A stretch of DNA of 64,000 nucleotides from Prolixibacteraceae bacterium (GTDB lineage: Bacteria; Bacteroidota; Bacteroidia; Bacteroidales; Prolixibacteraceae), in contig CAXXQD010000010.1 in NCBI GenBank assembly GCA_963677475.2, forward strand, positions 114,247 to 178,246, written 5' to 3'. Both the position numbers and the translations under genes were made by a program. Every line of letters starts with the position of its first letter. The first letter of the stretch is position 1. Positions 53,962 through 64,000 of this stretch are shown one piece after another. The notes below the pieces were generated by a model. That model worked only from the letters and a program-made list of their open reading frames with translations, was not told the DNA's origin and ran no database searches.

Positions 53962-56942
53962 TTAAGCACTCCTTTGTTTTTTAAGCCTAGTCGAAGGTTC
54001 ATCCAAATTAACATTCGGAAGCCTGTAAAGCTCTGAGGTTTCGATACTTATAAAACCAAATTCAATAACCACAAGCCCCTTAATTAAATAACACCCCGGA
54101 CCACTAAACGGATATCGTGCGTTGGTGTTTGGAAACTGCACTGTATCGATCCAATTACCTTCAAGATCAATAAAAGTCCCAAAACTCATGGTCTTACTTG
54201 TGCTTGTCCTTGTTCGTTTTACGTGCACCAGGTAAGCAATAATTTGAACCATATCCCCTACTAAATGCCGAAGCATATTTGCAGTGAGATCAACCGGAGG
54301 CAAGCCATCAACCATGTCAAATGGCGGCACACTCACCGGGAATCCTAATATTTCTATTTCATCGTATGCGCCTTCAAGCTTATGGGAGTACAACTCAGGC
54401 AAAACAAATTCTTTTACTTCCTGCGAAAAGAGTGTCCTTTCAGGGCGTACTTTTTTTGAACTCCCCATCAGGAAATGAGCATCCCAAAGCAATTCTTTTT
54501 TTGATTTACCGATAAAACGAAAAGCCCCAATTTTTATAAGGATAGATAACTGCTCAAGGGAAATGGGCACACGGTTTAAAAAATCCTGCAGGTTTTTAAA
54601 TTTTCCGCTGTTTTGCCGCTCAGCCATAGCACGGTCGATAACAGCCGACTCCAGGTTTTTCATCAAGCCAAATCCCAGGAAGATAGAATTTCCTTCGATT
54701 GTTGTGTGCACCTTGCTTCTGTTAATACATGGTACTTCAATAATCCCTCCGTGCATATATGCTTCATGCACATACAGTTCCGGACGGTAAAAACCACCGC
54801 CATTGTTAATGGTTGCCACCATATACTCAAGCGGATAATACGCTTTTAGATATAGCGCCTGAAAGCTTTCCACCGCATAAGAAGCCGAATGTCCCTTTGA
54901 AAAGGCGTAATTGGCAAAACTTTCAATTTGTTTCCACACGTCTTTTACCAAGTTGAGGGGATATTCTTTTTCTACACAATTCATGAAAAATTTCCCGCGT
55001 ATTTTTCCAAATTCGTTGCGCTGCTTAAATTTCCACGACATACCACGGCGCAGTACATCGGCTTCGGCAAGGGTAAGCCCTGCAAAATAATGCGCAACTT
55101 TAATCACATCTTCCTGGTAAACCATTACCCCGTAGGTTTCTTCAAGGTATTTATACAATTCGGGCAAGGTTTTTTGTGCTGCCTTTCTTCGCTCCGGGTC
55201 ACGGTAACGCAGAATGTATTCGCGCATCATCCCGCTCTTAGCAACTCCCGGACGGATAATGGAACTTGCTGCGACCAGACGCAGGTAATCTTCGGCTTCC
55301 AGTTTTGTTAACAACATGCGCATTGCCGGCGACTCCACATAAAAACAGCCGATGGTTTTTCCCTGCTTCAATAATGCCTTTACTTTTTCATCTTTTTTAA
55401 ATCGGCTAATATCATAAATATCAATGCTTTCTCCCTTATTTTCTCGAATGATATCCAATGAATCTTTTATTTTACTCAGCCCCCGTTGCCCAAGTATGTC
55501 AAATTTTGCCAAACCAATATCTTCTGCTTCGAGCATGCTAAAATGTGTTGTAGGGAAACCCTTTGGTGGCAATATGGTAGCTGTGTAGGTACTTATGGGT
55601 TCTTCCGAAATAACAATCCCGCTGGAATGCACGCTCAAATGACTGGGAAAATCGCGTATAAGCTGGCTATATTTTAATACCAACTGCCCAATCTCATCCA
55701 CATTCCGATAGTCTTTTGTTGATTGCAGCTTATCAATCTCATGGGCAGGAAGCCCAAATACTTTTCCCAGTTCCCTGAGCATCGATCGGTATTGAAAAGT
55801 ATTGTATGACCCGACCAAAGCCGTATGCTGGTAGCCATGACGATCAAAAATGTATTTGGTCATTTTATTTCTGTCGCGCGACGAAAAATCGATGTCAAAA
55901 TCGGGAGGTGAGCTTCGTGAATGATTGATAAAACGCTCGAAATACAAATCCAGTTCAATGGGGTCAACATCGGTGATCCGTAAAAGATAGGCAACCATAC
56001 TATTGGCACCACTCCCACGCCCCACATAATAAAAATCCTGGCTTCGGGCATATTTCACCAAATCCCAGTTGATCAGAAAATAGGAACAATAATTAAGCTC
56101 CCTGATTACTTTTTAATTCTTTCTCCATGCGTTCAATAACACTTTGAGAGGGGTGTTTCCTAAAACGATAAGCTAAGCCTTTTTGGCATTCCTGCTTCAT
56201 AAGCTCAAAATCTGCAGCAATCGACCCGGTAAGAACTTCGTTTGTTTTTCGGTGTTTTAAATTGGAATCCGATGGAACAATCGGCAATAACCCGTTTTGT
56301 ATTTTCAATTATCCGTGGGTAATTATGAAAGAGCTTTTCCAGCTCGCCCGCCATAGGCATAATCTCATCGGGCTGTGCTTCTTCTGATTTGGGCAACCTG
56401 CTAAGCAGGGTATTGTTATCGATGGTACGAAGGAGCCTGTGCACATTAAAATCACGCTTGTGCCTAAATGTAACGGGCTGCAGAATAAGCAATTTGTCCT
56501 GTTGGTTTTTCCATTCCGAAAACAACAATTTACTTAGCTGGGAAGGAATGAGCCCCACAAATTCATTTTCTTTCAATTCATGGTACTCAACACTTCCATA
56601 CGGATAAACTACGTAAACATTCTGAAAAGAAGGAGCTTTACGCTGGAAATCCTCCTCGGCATGCAAATGGCTGCTAAGGTGTTCGTTTAACTCTTTAAAA
56701 CCTTCATTATTTCGGGCAATCCCGATGTATTTTTGCAAGGCGCCGTTCCTGAAATCAACCCCAACAATTGGTTTTAGGTTATATTCGGGGCAGTGTCGGA
56801 TAAAATCGAGGCAGGCCGAAGTGCTGTTCACATCGGTGAGTACCAGCGAAGAGGCATTTTTTGCCTTGGCTTCTTCAAAAAGTTCGGTGAGGGAAAGAGT
56901 GCCAAATTTATAGCTATAATATGTGTGACAATTTAAAAACAT
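53962..56942 (-). pseudogene. dnaE2: Error-prone DNA polymerase III alpha (DnaE2-type), disrupted by two +1 frameshifts
   Basis: The PHP domain ORF (56205-56942), a middle piece (56093-56308) and the polymerase core (53962-56061) lie in three different frames. Skipping one A in the A5 runs (plus-strand T5 at 56245-56249 and 56110-56114) restores ...KTPK-TNEVLTGS... and ...EKELK-VIRELNYCSYFLINWDLVKYARS.... Confidence 0.85.
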
Positions 56943-58156
56943 TACCTTCTTCTGTGTGCAGGAATAGCGGGAGGTTGCCCATTAAAAGGATTGCTCATTT
57001 GCCCTATTCCCCTTACCCCTAAAGTTACTGCCCGCTTTACCGAATCCTGCCCGTAGCGGTTACGTATTTTATCCATTGCCTGGTAAAGCTTAATTACTTC
57101 CGATGAATCTTCGAAAAGGTTGATTTGGTAAGCCCCTCCAACAAGATGGCTGTAACGTACACCCACCAAGCGAACAAGTACCCTACGATCGTATAATTGG
57201 TCGAAAAGCCCCATTACTGTTTCCAGAAGTTTATGATCGAGCGATGTGTATGGAATCCGTTTTTGCCTGGTTCGCGTGTCAAAGTCAGAATAGCGAATGG
57301 TTACGGTAACGCACGATGTTAATTTATTTCCATTGCGCAGGTAAAATGCCAGTTTTTCTGCCATGGCTGCAAGCAAGCTTTTCAGCTTCTGTATGTCAAT
57401 GGTGTCGCGCTCGAAAGTGAGGGATGATGAAACAGATTTGCGCTCATGGTAAGGGGTAACGGGGGTATTATCAATGCCCTGGGCTTTTTTCCAAAGCACA
57501 ATGCCATTTTTGCCCATAACCTTTTCCATCAGTTCAATGGGCATTTCCTGCACTGTTTTTACATATTTTACGCCCATACTGCAAAGCATCCGGTTTGTTT
57601 GGTCGCCAACCATTGGTATTTTTTTTACCGGAAGAGGCGCCAAAAAAGGCTTTTCTTCTCCTTTCAAAATGCGTATGTGGTTATTGGGCTTTGCTTCGTT
57701 GGTGCCAACCTTTGCCACTGTTTTGCTGGTCGACAACCCAAAGGAAATGGGCAAGCCCGTTTCTTTTATAATCCGCGTGCGAAGTTCCTGTGCCCATTTA
57801 TAACAGCCATAAAATTTGTCCATGCCACTTGCATCGATATAAAACTCATCAATAGACGACTTTTCATACAAAGGCGAATCTTCTTTTACAATCTCGGTAA
57901 TGGTATCCGAAAATTTACTGTAAACAGCACTGTTTCCTCTAATTACAACTGCTTCAGGACAAAGCATTTGAGCCATTCGCATTGGCATGGCAGAATGTAC
58001 ACCGTAAGTCCTTGCCTCGTAACTACAGGCGGCTACAACCCCCCTTCCGCTGGTGCCCCCCACCAATACCGGTTTGCCATTGAGGCTCGAATCAAGCAAG
58101 CGCTCGCAGGATACATAAAAGGTATCCAAATCAATGTGTATGATTGACTTTTCCAT
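56942..58156 (-). CDS. dinB: Y-family DNA polymerase (DinB / Pol IV-like)
   Basis: IIHIDLDTFYVSCE, SYEARTYGVHSAMP, SIDEFYID. Its stop overlaps the dnaE2 start (TAATG). Confidence 0.9.
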   Translation of the reverse strand: MEKSIIHIDLDTFYVSCERLLDSSLNGKPVLVGGTSGRGVVAACSYEARTYGVHSAMPMRMAQMLCPEAVVIRGNSAVYSKFSDTITEIVKEDSPLYEKSSIDEFYIDASGMDKFYGCYKWAQELRTRIIKETGLPISFGLSTSKTVAKVGTNEAKPNNHIRILKGEEKPFLAPLPVKKIPMVGDQTNRMLCSMGVKYVKTVQEMPIELMEKVMGKNGIVLWKKAQGIDNTPVTPYHERKSVSSSLTFERDTIDIQKLKSLLAAMAEKLAFYLRNGNKLTSCVTVTIRYSDFDTRTRQKRIPYTSLDHKLLETVMGLFDQLYDRRVLVRLVGVRYSHLVGGAYQINLFEDSSEVIKLYQAMDKIRNRYGQDSVKRAVTLGVRGIGQMSNPFNGQPPAIPAHRRR

Positions 58157-58166
58157 CGCATACCTC

Positions 58167-58793
58167 CTAAATTCCGGGGATCGTATCCATTACAACCCCT
58201 TGCACAATAAAGTCCCTGGAAAGGATAATGGGGGTATGTGCCTTATTCAATGAACGTGGTAACAAAACCACATTATGCTCATTTATTTTCAGCTCTTTTA
58301 GGGTTGCTTCATCGTCAATTAATGCCAAAACAATATCCCCATCATCGGCAGTGTTTTGCTGTCGGATTAAAACAAGGTCGCCATCGTTAATCCCTTTAAG
58401 GTTCATCGAATCACCCTGGGCACGCAACAAAAAATAATTATGGGGCGGTTTTGCCAATTTTACGGATATGGCAAACTGGGCTTCAATATTTTCTTCCGCT
58501 AAAATAGGTAACCCGCAGGCAACCGTTCCTAAAAGAGGGATTTTTACGGTTTGTGCCCTGATATTTTCATCGGCAGGCACTTCATGTTGCACCAACTGAA
58601 AACTTCCATCGTTTCGCTTATTTACGATTCCTTTATCTTGTAAGCCCTGAAAAATCATGGATGCCGAACGGGGCGATTTATACTCCATCTCTTTCATCAA
58701 CTCCCGCACACTGGGCATTCTTCCATTCTTCATCAAGAAGTTTCGCATGACGCGAATTGCTGCCAATTCTTTATTTGAAATCGTATTTTGCAT
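58167..58793 (-). CDS. lexA: LexA-like S24 peptidase repressor
   Basis: N-terminal wHTH. AG cleavage region (VACG). S24 catalytic GDSM...and K (LKELK). Start chosen at ATG 58793. Confidence 0.8.
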   Translation of the reverse strand: MQNTISNKELAAIRVMRNFLMKNGRMPSVRELMKEMEYKSPRSASMIFQGLQDKGIVNKRNDGSFQLVQHEVPADENIRAQTVKIPLLGTVACGLPILAEENIEAQFAISVKLAKPPHNYFLLRAQGDSMNLKGINDGDLVLIRQQNTADDGDIVLALIDDEATLKELKINEHNVVLLPRSLNKAHTPIILSRDFIVQGVVMDTIPGI

Positions 58794-59097
58794 ACACAAA
58801 TATACACCTAGCATACATCAAAAACAAATCAAATTTTCAACTGTTTTAATGATTTTGAACGAATGGCAAAATTTAGGGTTTTGCTTATCAACGGAACAGT
58901 AGATAAACCAGGGCTTTTTTCAGTTGTAGTAATATACAAAAAACATTCATGATTCCTGGGAATCACCAATAGGAATGAAAATCAAACTATAAGAGTTTGG
59001 GCCAGCAAATTTTATTCGCTGAAATAATAATGCGGATAGATCCCTATCAAATCGGGACGCATCACCCGAAAACTTTCAAAAAAAACTAAAAAATAAT

Positions 59098-60108
59098 TTA
59101 TCGTAGCTTATAATGCTCAATAGTGTTATTTAGTGCTATTTCCTTAACCCGTTCAACTAACTGCTTGCGTGCTTCTTCGTCCAACTCCTGAAAACTTCTG
59201 GTATTTTCAATGTTTTCTTTCACCTGCGCAGAATCTTCACAACCAATTGTAGCTGAAGCAATTGGTAACGAATAGGCAAAATGTTGAGCTTCTTTTTTGG
59301 CAATAACATCCGGAATCAGGGCTTCCCGCTCTTCGCCAACATTTCTTCCCCACTTTACTTCCCCTCCAAACATACCACCGCCGGCAAAAACTTTCATACC
59401 TATAACCCCAATATTTTTCTCAATTGCTTTGGGCAAACTATTCAAAACAAAACTATGCTGCACCGGATCGACAACATTCATAGGCATTAAAACCACTTCC
59501 AGTTCAGGGAAGTTTTTATCCATAAAGTAATTATTTATATCCGGGTGGGTATGGCCACTGAATCCAATGTGTTTTATCATTCCTTGCTCTTTAGCCTTTA
59601 CTATTTCATCAAACACGCCTTCTTTTAAGCGATTTTCCAAATCATCAATACTATTTACGGCATGGATTAAGTAAATGTCTAAATGATCTGTTTTTAGGGC
59701 TGTAAGAGATTCGTCCAGTTCCCTTTTTAAGCCTTCACCTGTGGTTGCCCTCGTTTTCGACAATAGGGTAATTTCATTTCGATAGGCAGGTGTAAGGTAT
59801 TTCCCAAAACCAATCTCGCTTCTCCCTCCACTATAACTACGAGCAGTTTCAAAAAACCGACATCCTTGTTGTATGGCTGTTTCTATTATTGACTCCATTG
59901 TTTGGTAATCCGAGCGAAAAGCTCCACCTCCAATTGCAAACATCGATACATCTAAACCTGTATTTCCCAGTGGGCGCGTTGGCAAAACACTCCCCCATTT
60001 ATCCGGCACACTTGATGTCAATCCCAGTGGCAAACTAAGCATTGCTGCAAGCGATGCAGATAATTTTAAAAATTTTCGTCGATTAATTTCTGAGGTATTC
60101 TTATACAT
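59098..60108 (-). CDS. Aldo/keto reductase with twin-arginine signal peptide
   Basis: NRRKFLKLSASLAA TAT motif. AKR motifs (FFETARSY, DIYLIH). Confidence 0.85.
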   Translation of the reverse strand: MYKNTSEINRRKFLKLSASLAAMLSLPLGLTSSVPDKWGSVLPTRPLGNTGLDVSMFAIGGGAFRSDYQTMESIIETAIQQGCRFFETARSYSGGRSEIGFGKYLTPAYRNEITLLSKTRATTGEGLKRELDESLTALKTDHLDIYLIHAVNSIDDLENRLKEGVFDEIVKAKEQGMIKHIGFSGHTHPDINNYFMDKNFPELEVVLMPMNVVDPVQHSFVLNSLPKAIEKNIGVIGMKVFAGGGMFGGEVKWGRNVGEEREALIPDVIAKKEAQHFAYSLPIASATIGCEDSAQVKENIENTRSFQELDEEARKQLVERVKEIALNNTIEHYKLR

Positions 60109-60138
60109 ATTAGATTTTTTAAAGATTCATATATTGTT

Positions 60139-61140
60139 TTATTCTTTCTCAAAATATGCCAATGAAAACCACTTCCGTGAATCCATATAAATATCACTGA
60201 CCCGTAATCCTGCAATATTTGCAAACGTATGGATATCCTCCATTGAATATTTGTGGGAATTCTCGGTATGAATGCTTTCCCTTTTGTTTATAATTAGCTC
60301 ACCTGGCATGCAGGCTGAGTGAAAGTGCACATGTTCTTTTGCCTCCAGGTACATTTCAATTCTCGATTTATCAGGATTATAAAGTGCTTTATGCTCAAAT
60401 AATTCCGTAGGGATATCTGATTGTACAATCCGACCAATTGAATTCAATATATTTAAATTAAAAGCAGCCGTAACCCCTTTCGAATCGTTATAGGCACGGT
60501 GTAAAACATTTATGTCTTTAAGCATGTCAAAACCTATAAGCAACTGATCCCCAGGATACATACTACTGCTCAATTCTTTTAGAAAAAAAATTGCGTCTTC
60601 CCGTTCAAAATTTCCAATAGTGCTTCCAAAAAAACAAAACAGCCTTTGGGCATTATGGGGAATTTTATTTAACTGACTTGTAAAATCGGCCACCTGGCAG
60701 CTAACAGCAAGGTTTGGGTATCGCTTAATCAGCTGGTTGGCAGCATCTTCCAGCGCAGACTGGCTCACATCCACCGGAAGGTAATGAATAGAGGACATAT
60801 TTTCTTCGGGAACCGCATCGAGAAGTATCGAAATTTTGCTACAATCGCCACTTCCGAGTTCAACCAAATCCACATTCTTTACCTGCTCCATCAGATTTGG
60901 GGCAATTTGTTTCAAAATAGCTATTTCAGTCCGGGTAGGATAATATTCTTCCAATTGTGTTATTTCCCCAAAAATCCGGGAACCAGCTTCATCGTAAAAA
61001 AATTTACTTGAAATATACTTGTCATCAACGCTTAAGCCATCGATTATTTCTTTTCGAACCACTTCGATCCCTAGGTCAGGCAAGTGGTTCGTGACGCTTA
61101 TCTGGTCGATTTGTAAAACCTCTTTATCGGTATAATTCAT
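60139..61140 (-). CDS. egtD: L-histidine N-alpha-methyltransferase (EgtD family)
   Basis: SKFFYDEAGSRIFGEITQLEEYYPTRTE, VELGSGD SAM motif, FFGSTIGNF. ATG at 61140 preferred over the GTG at 61173. Confidence 0.85.
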   Translation of the reverse strand: MNYTDKEVLQIDQISVTNHLPDLGIEVVRKEIIDGLSVDDKYISSKFFYDEAGSRIFGEITQLEEYYPTRTEIAILKQIAPNLMEQVKNVDLVELGSGDCSKISILLDAVPEENMSSIHYLPVDVSQSALEDAANQLIKRYPNLAVSCQVADFTSQLNKIPHNAQRLFCFFGSTIGNFEREDAIFFLKELSSSMYPGDQLLIGFDMLKDINVLHRAYNDSKGVTAAFNLNILNSIGRIVQSDIPTELFEHKALYNPDKSRIEMYLEAKEHVHFHSACMPGELIINKRESIHTENSHKYSMEDIHTFANIAGLRVSDIYMDSRKWFSLAYFEKE

Positions 61141-61211
61141 TATGTGGATTGTTTTAATGATTAACAATCGCACACCAAAATAGTTTTACCTACTGATTTC
61201 CCTTCTTTAAA

Positions 61212-61637
61212 CTATCGCTTCAAAGGAATTGTATACCCATATTTTTTAGGTGGTTCATTTTTACCTGAATTTGAGACTTCTTTTTTAATGGAAAAGGTTA
61301 TTCTTTTTTCCGGCGGTTTATTTTCTTTAAAGGCAATCCTGAAATTCTTTTTTGTTTTTACCCGTTTTCCCCGGTTTTTTACAGATCCAAATTTCATTAG
61401 CTTAACTACCCTGATTGCTTCTTCATCACAGCCATAACCTAAACCTTTGGAAACAATCACTTCCCTAACATTTCCATTGTCGTCAATTTCAGCACTTAAA
61501 TACACAATGCCTTCTATACCAGACTTTTGCGCTTCAGTAGGATATATTAAATTATCCGCAATAAATTTCTTAAGGGCAACTTTCCCACCCGGATATTCAG
61601 GAAGTTTCAAGAATGATTTCTTTTTCTGATGATTCAT
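61212..61637 (-). CDS. TonB C-terminal domain protein
   Basis: PEYPGGKVALKKFIADNLIYPTEAQKSGIEGIVYLSAEIDDNGNV is the TonB_C pattern. Confidence 0.8.
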   Translation of the reverse strand: MNHQKKKSFLKLPEYPGGKVALKKFIADNLIYPTEAQKSGIEGIVYLSAEIDDNGNVREVIVSKGLGYGCDEEAIRVVKLMKFGSVKNRGKRVKTKKNFRIAFKENKPPEKRITFSIKKEVSNSGKNEPPKKYGYTIPLKR

Positions 61638-61735
61638 AAAGATATCTATATCAATCAAATTTAATTAATCTGATCATCAAAAGAAACCTTTTAAAACATT
61701 CTTTATGGCGAATTTAATTAATATGCCGATGGATC

Positions 61736-62209
61736 TTATTCCAAATCAACATCCCTTTTGATATAACCAGAATAATCTTTAATAAAAGGCTCATACGCTT
61801 CGTGAAACAAGGGCGAAGAGATTAAAAAATCGGCTGTAGATCGGTTAGACGCTGTTGGGATATTGTACAAAACAGAAATCCTAAGCAATGCTTTTACGTC
61901 AACATCGTGTGGCTGCGGTTGCATGGGATCCCAGAAGAATATAAGCAAATCCACCTTTCCTTCCGAAATGTATGCCCCAAGTTGCTGGTCGCCCCCCAAA
62001 GGGCCTGATTTTAATTTAATTACATCTGGTGGAATTGAATTATTCTCTTCACACTTCTTCTTAAGGATTTCTTCGGTGAGCTTACCAGTTGTTCCTGTAC
62101 AAATTAACCGGTGTGGGATAAATTCTTTCCAGTTGTACGAAACCCATTCAAGAATATCCTTTTTCCTATTGTCGTGGGCAACTATGCCTATGGTTTTTTT
62201 CTTTTTCAT
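61736..62209 (-). CDS. mgsA: Methylglyoxal synthase
   Basis: IGIVAHDNRK, CTGTTG, GPLGGDQQLGA, FFWDPMQPQPHDVDVKALLR. Confidence 0.93.
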   Translation of the reverse strand: MKKKKTIGIVAHDNRKKDILEWVSYNWKEFIPHRLICTGTTGKLTEEILKKKCEENNSIPPDVIKLKSGPLGGDQQLGAYISEGKVDLLIFFWDPMQPQPHDVDVKALLRISVLYNIPTASNRSTADFLISSPLFHEAYEPFIKDYSGYIKRDVDLE

Positions 62210-62290
62210 TTTCCAAGGGTTTTAATCCGTACCAAAAGTAACCAAAAAGAAAGGCTGCAATTTTAAGTTGCAGCCTTTCAATGTGCTTAT

Positions 62291-62800
62291 TTACGTTTTC
62301 ATAACCTTTCTAATATCTGTCACCCAGTCTTTAATCCTGGATTTTGTAAGCCTGGCCTGGTTTTCCTGGTCAATCACCAAACCTACAAATTGTCCATCCC
62401 TCAGTGCACGAGATGATTCAAAGGTATAGCCTTCGGTTGATGTACCTCCCACAACTTTGCCGCCGCATTCTTCAATTATTCCAGCCATAATACCAATTGC
62501 ATCACCAAAATTCTCCGGATACCCTTTTTGGTCGCCCAAACCATAAATAGCAAAGGTTTTTCCCTTAAGGTTCAAATCTTCCAAAGCTGGTACAAATTCA
62601 TCCCAATAGTTTGGCAATTCACCATCAAACCAAGTCGGGACTGCTAATATAAAATTATCGAAAGCAAGAAACTCCTCTTCAGTTAGTGTTTCTGCATTCA
62701 CAACTTCTATTTGATCTTTTCCAAATTCGGCAATTACCTTATCTGCAACTAATTTGGTTTTATTTGAGTTAAAACTGTAAAATATTCCTGTTTTAGCCAT
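62291..62800 (-). CDS. fldA: Long-chain flavodoxin
   Basis: TGIFYSFNSNKT FMN phosphate loop. PTWFDGELP, YGLGDQ. Confidence 0.9.
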   Translation of the reverse strand: MAKTGIFYSFNSNKTKLVADKVIAEFGKDQIEVVNAETLTEEEFLAFDNFILAVPTWFDGELPNYWDEFVPALEDLNLKGKTFAIYGLGDQKGYPENFGDAIGIMAGIIEECGGKVVGGTSTEGYTFESSRALRDGQFVGLVIDQENQARLTKSRIKDWVTDIRKVMKT

Positions 62801-62810
62801 AACGTATTTT

Positions 62811-64000
62811 TTAGTACTCTAATATTTTTTTAGCTGCTTCTTGTATTTTAGCCGTGTTGGGAAGTACAGCCTTTTCTAGTATCCTGTTAAATCCAACAGG
62901 CGTAAATGTTGAGCCCACCCTTCGAACCGGGGCATCTAAATATTCGAATGCTTCTTCTGTTATTATTGCTGTAATCTCGCCCCCAAAGCCTCCGTGCACT
63001 TTATCTTCATGAACGACCAGAACCCTGTTTGTTTTCTTGATCGATTCAAAAATTGTTTCTTTATCAAGCGGGACCAGGGAACGAATATCAATCACTTCGA
63101 CCGAATAACCTTCTTCTTTTAAATTATCCGCCACTTCCAAGCACATGTGCGAAGTATTTCCATAGGTAATAATACTCAAATCAGTCCCTTCCCTTCTAAT
63201 CCGGGCTTTTCCAAACGGAACTTCAAAATCGTCAGGCACAATTGTTGCTGCTTTTGGGTCCTGATATAAAGCTTTTGGCTCCATAAAAACAGTCATTCCT
63301 TCCGATCTCATTGAAGTACGGAGCAACCCGGCAGCATCATCTGCAAAGCTTGGGTAAACAATCCGTACTCCAGGAATTGCCGCAAGTGAACCTTCAATAT
63401 TTTGAGAATGGTACATGCCACCTCCAATATAGCCTCCCGAAGCCAGGCGAATAGTTATATTTGGTGAAAACTTTCCGTTTGATCGCCAGTAATCGTGGCT
63501 TGTATCCACATATTGTTCCATGGCGGGCCAAAAGTAATCGGCAAATTCGGCACCTTCGATTACCACCCTTATTTTTTTATCATAGCGCGACATTCCGTTT
63601 GCTGTTCCCATAATAAAATCTTCAGCAATTGGTGCATTAAAAACCCGCTTAGGCCCAAATTCCTGCTGCATCCCTTTAGATACATTAAATATTCCACCTT
63701 TATCTTTATTGGCCATATCCTGCCCCCAAATAAAGGTATCCGGATTATGCCTGAATTCTGCTTTGAGGGTTTCATTTAATGCGGTAATAAATTTTTTCTT
63801 TTCCCCTTCCTGGTTATGTGTCCCATCTGTATATTTTTGTGGTACATACGGATCTGAAATCACAAAATCGTGGATTGATTCAGGTGAAGGGTCCGGTGCA
63901 CTCATTGCAGCTTTATGCGCAAGTTTTAGCTCTTTTTTTGCACTTTCTTCGATTACTACAATCTCTTCTTCAGTCAATCGATTATAACGTTTTAAGAGTC
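62811..64000 (-). CDS. 2-oxoacid dehydrogenase E1 component (beta/transketolase-like part of a fused alpha-beta E1), 5' partial
   Basis: The frame stays open to the window edge upstream of the TTG at 63977. Pyrimidine-binding and C-terminal transketolase domain motifs (FNAPIAE, GGGMYHSQ, VVHEDKVHGGFG). Confidence 0.85.
   Translation of the reverse strand, partial: LLKRYNRLTEEEIVVIEESAKKELKLAHKAAMSAPDPSPESIHDFVISDPYVPQKYTDGTHNQEGEKKKFITALNETLKAEFRHNPDTFIWGQDMANKDKGGIFNVSKGMQQEFGPKRVFNAPIAEDFIMGTANGMSRYDKKIRVVIEGAEFADYFWPAMEQYVDTSHDYWRSNGKFSPNITIRLASGGYIGGGMYHSQNIEGSLAAIPGVRIVYPSFADDAAGLLRTSMRSEGMTVFMEPKALYQDPKAATIVPDDFEVPFGKARIRREGTDLSIITYGNTSHMCLEVADNLKEEGYSVEVIDIRSLVPLDKETIFESIKKTNRVLVVHEDKVHGGFGGEITAIITEEAFEYLDAPVRRVGSTFTPVGFNRILEKAVLPNTAKIQEAAKKILEY

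Noticed and set aside
56093-56308. Programmed ribosomal frameshifting or an intein as the explanation for the split dnaE2.
   Set aside because: Two separate +1 events about 135 nt apart at plain A5 runs, with no slippery-site or stimulator structure and no intein motifs. Homopolymer error or mutation is more parsimonious.
58815-58900. Imperfect palindrome ttttgccattcgttcaaaa (minus-strand reading) upstream of lexA as a LexA box.
   Set aside because: I do not know a validated Bacteroidota LexA operator consensus to compare against, and the palindrome is weak. It cannot be supported from this window alone.

Overview
AT-rich Bacteroidota-type chromosome segment. Lineage clues are T9SS C-terminal sorting domains, TAnnTTTG -7 promoter boxes and a gyrA-TPR gene pair. 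1-11 kb: NuoF-like and GltD-like Fe-S flavoprotein genes split by a four-helix-bundle (23S-IVS/Avd-like) gene flanked by heptanucleotide tandem repeats. An IS200 copy follows, next to a RAYT-like Y1 transposase with REP-type hairpins, then a PQQ-propeller/GT4/ABC-FtsX operon. 11.4-19.4 kb: a cobalamin-scavenging locus with two riboswitches, a BtuB-like receptor, a beta-propeller lipoprotein and two large T9SS-sorted surface proteins. 19.5-36.1 kb: housekeeping genes (slyD, aroC, mnmE, Sir2, fabG, PfkB kinase, SpoIIE phosphatase, clpC, gyrA, TPR). 36.1-48.6 kb is the most interesting region: a 12.4-kb prophage-like island bounded by exact 30-bp direct repeats with a dif-like (XerC/D) core. It encodes an Ff gene-II-type rolling-circle initiator, an SSB, a 330-aa capsid candidate, many small membrane or basic proteins, a 1219-aa acidic protein, an M15 endolysin, holin-like proteins and RHH regulators. 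I saw no integrase, packaging ATPase, portal, tail or Zot gene. My reading is an integrated tailless, probably ssDNA and membrane-containing, phage that uses host Xer recombination. A roughly 190-nt imperfect hairpin and 44-bp tandem repeats lie in its non-coding DNA, and a 1.1-kb repeat-rich non-coding tract with a further dif-like half-site lies just outside attR. 49.7-64 kb: a large unassigned 1157-aa protein, a lexA-dinB-dnaE2 mutagenesis cassette with dnaE2 broken at two A5 homopolymers, a TAT aldo/keto reductase, an orphan egtD, a TonB-C protein, mgsA, fldA and a partial E1 dehydrogenase. All functional calls rest on motif recognition by eye. No database search was run.
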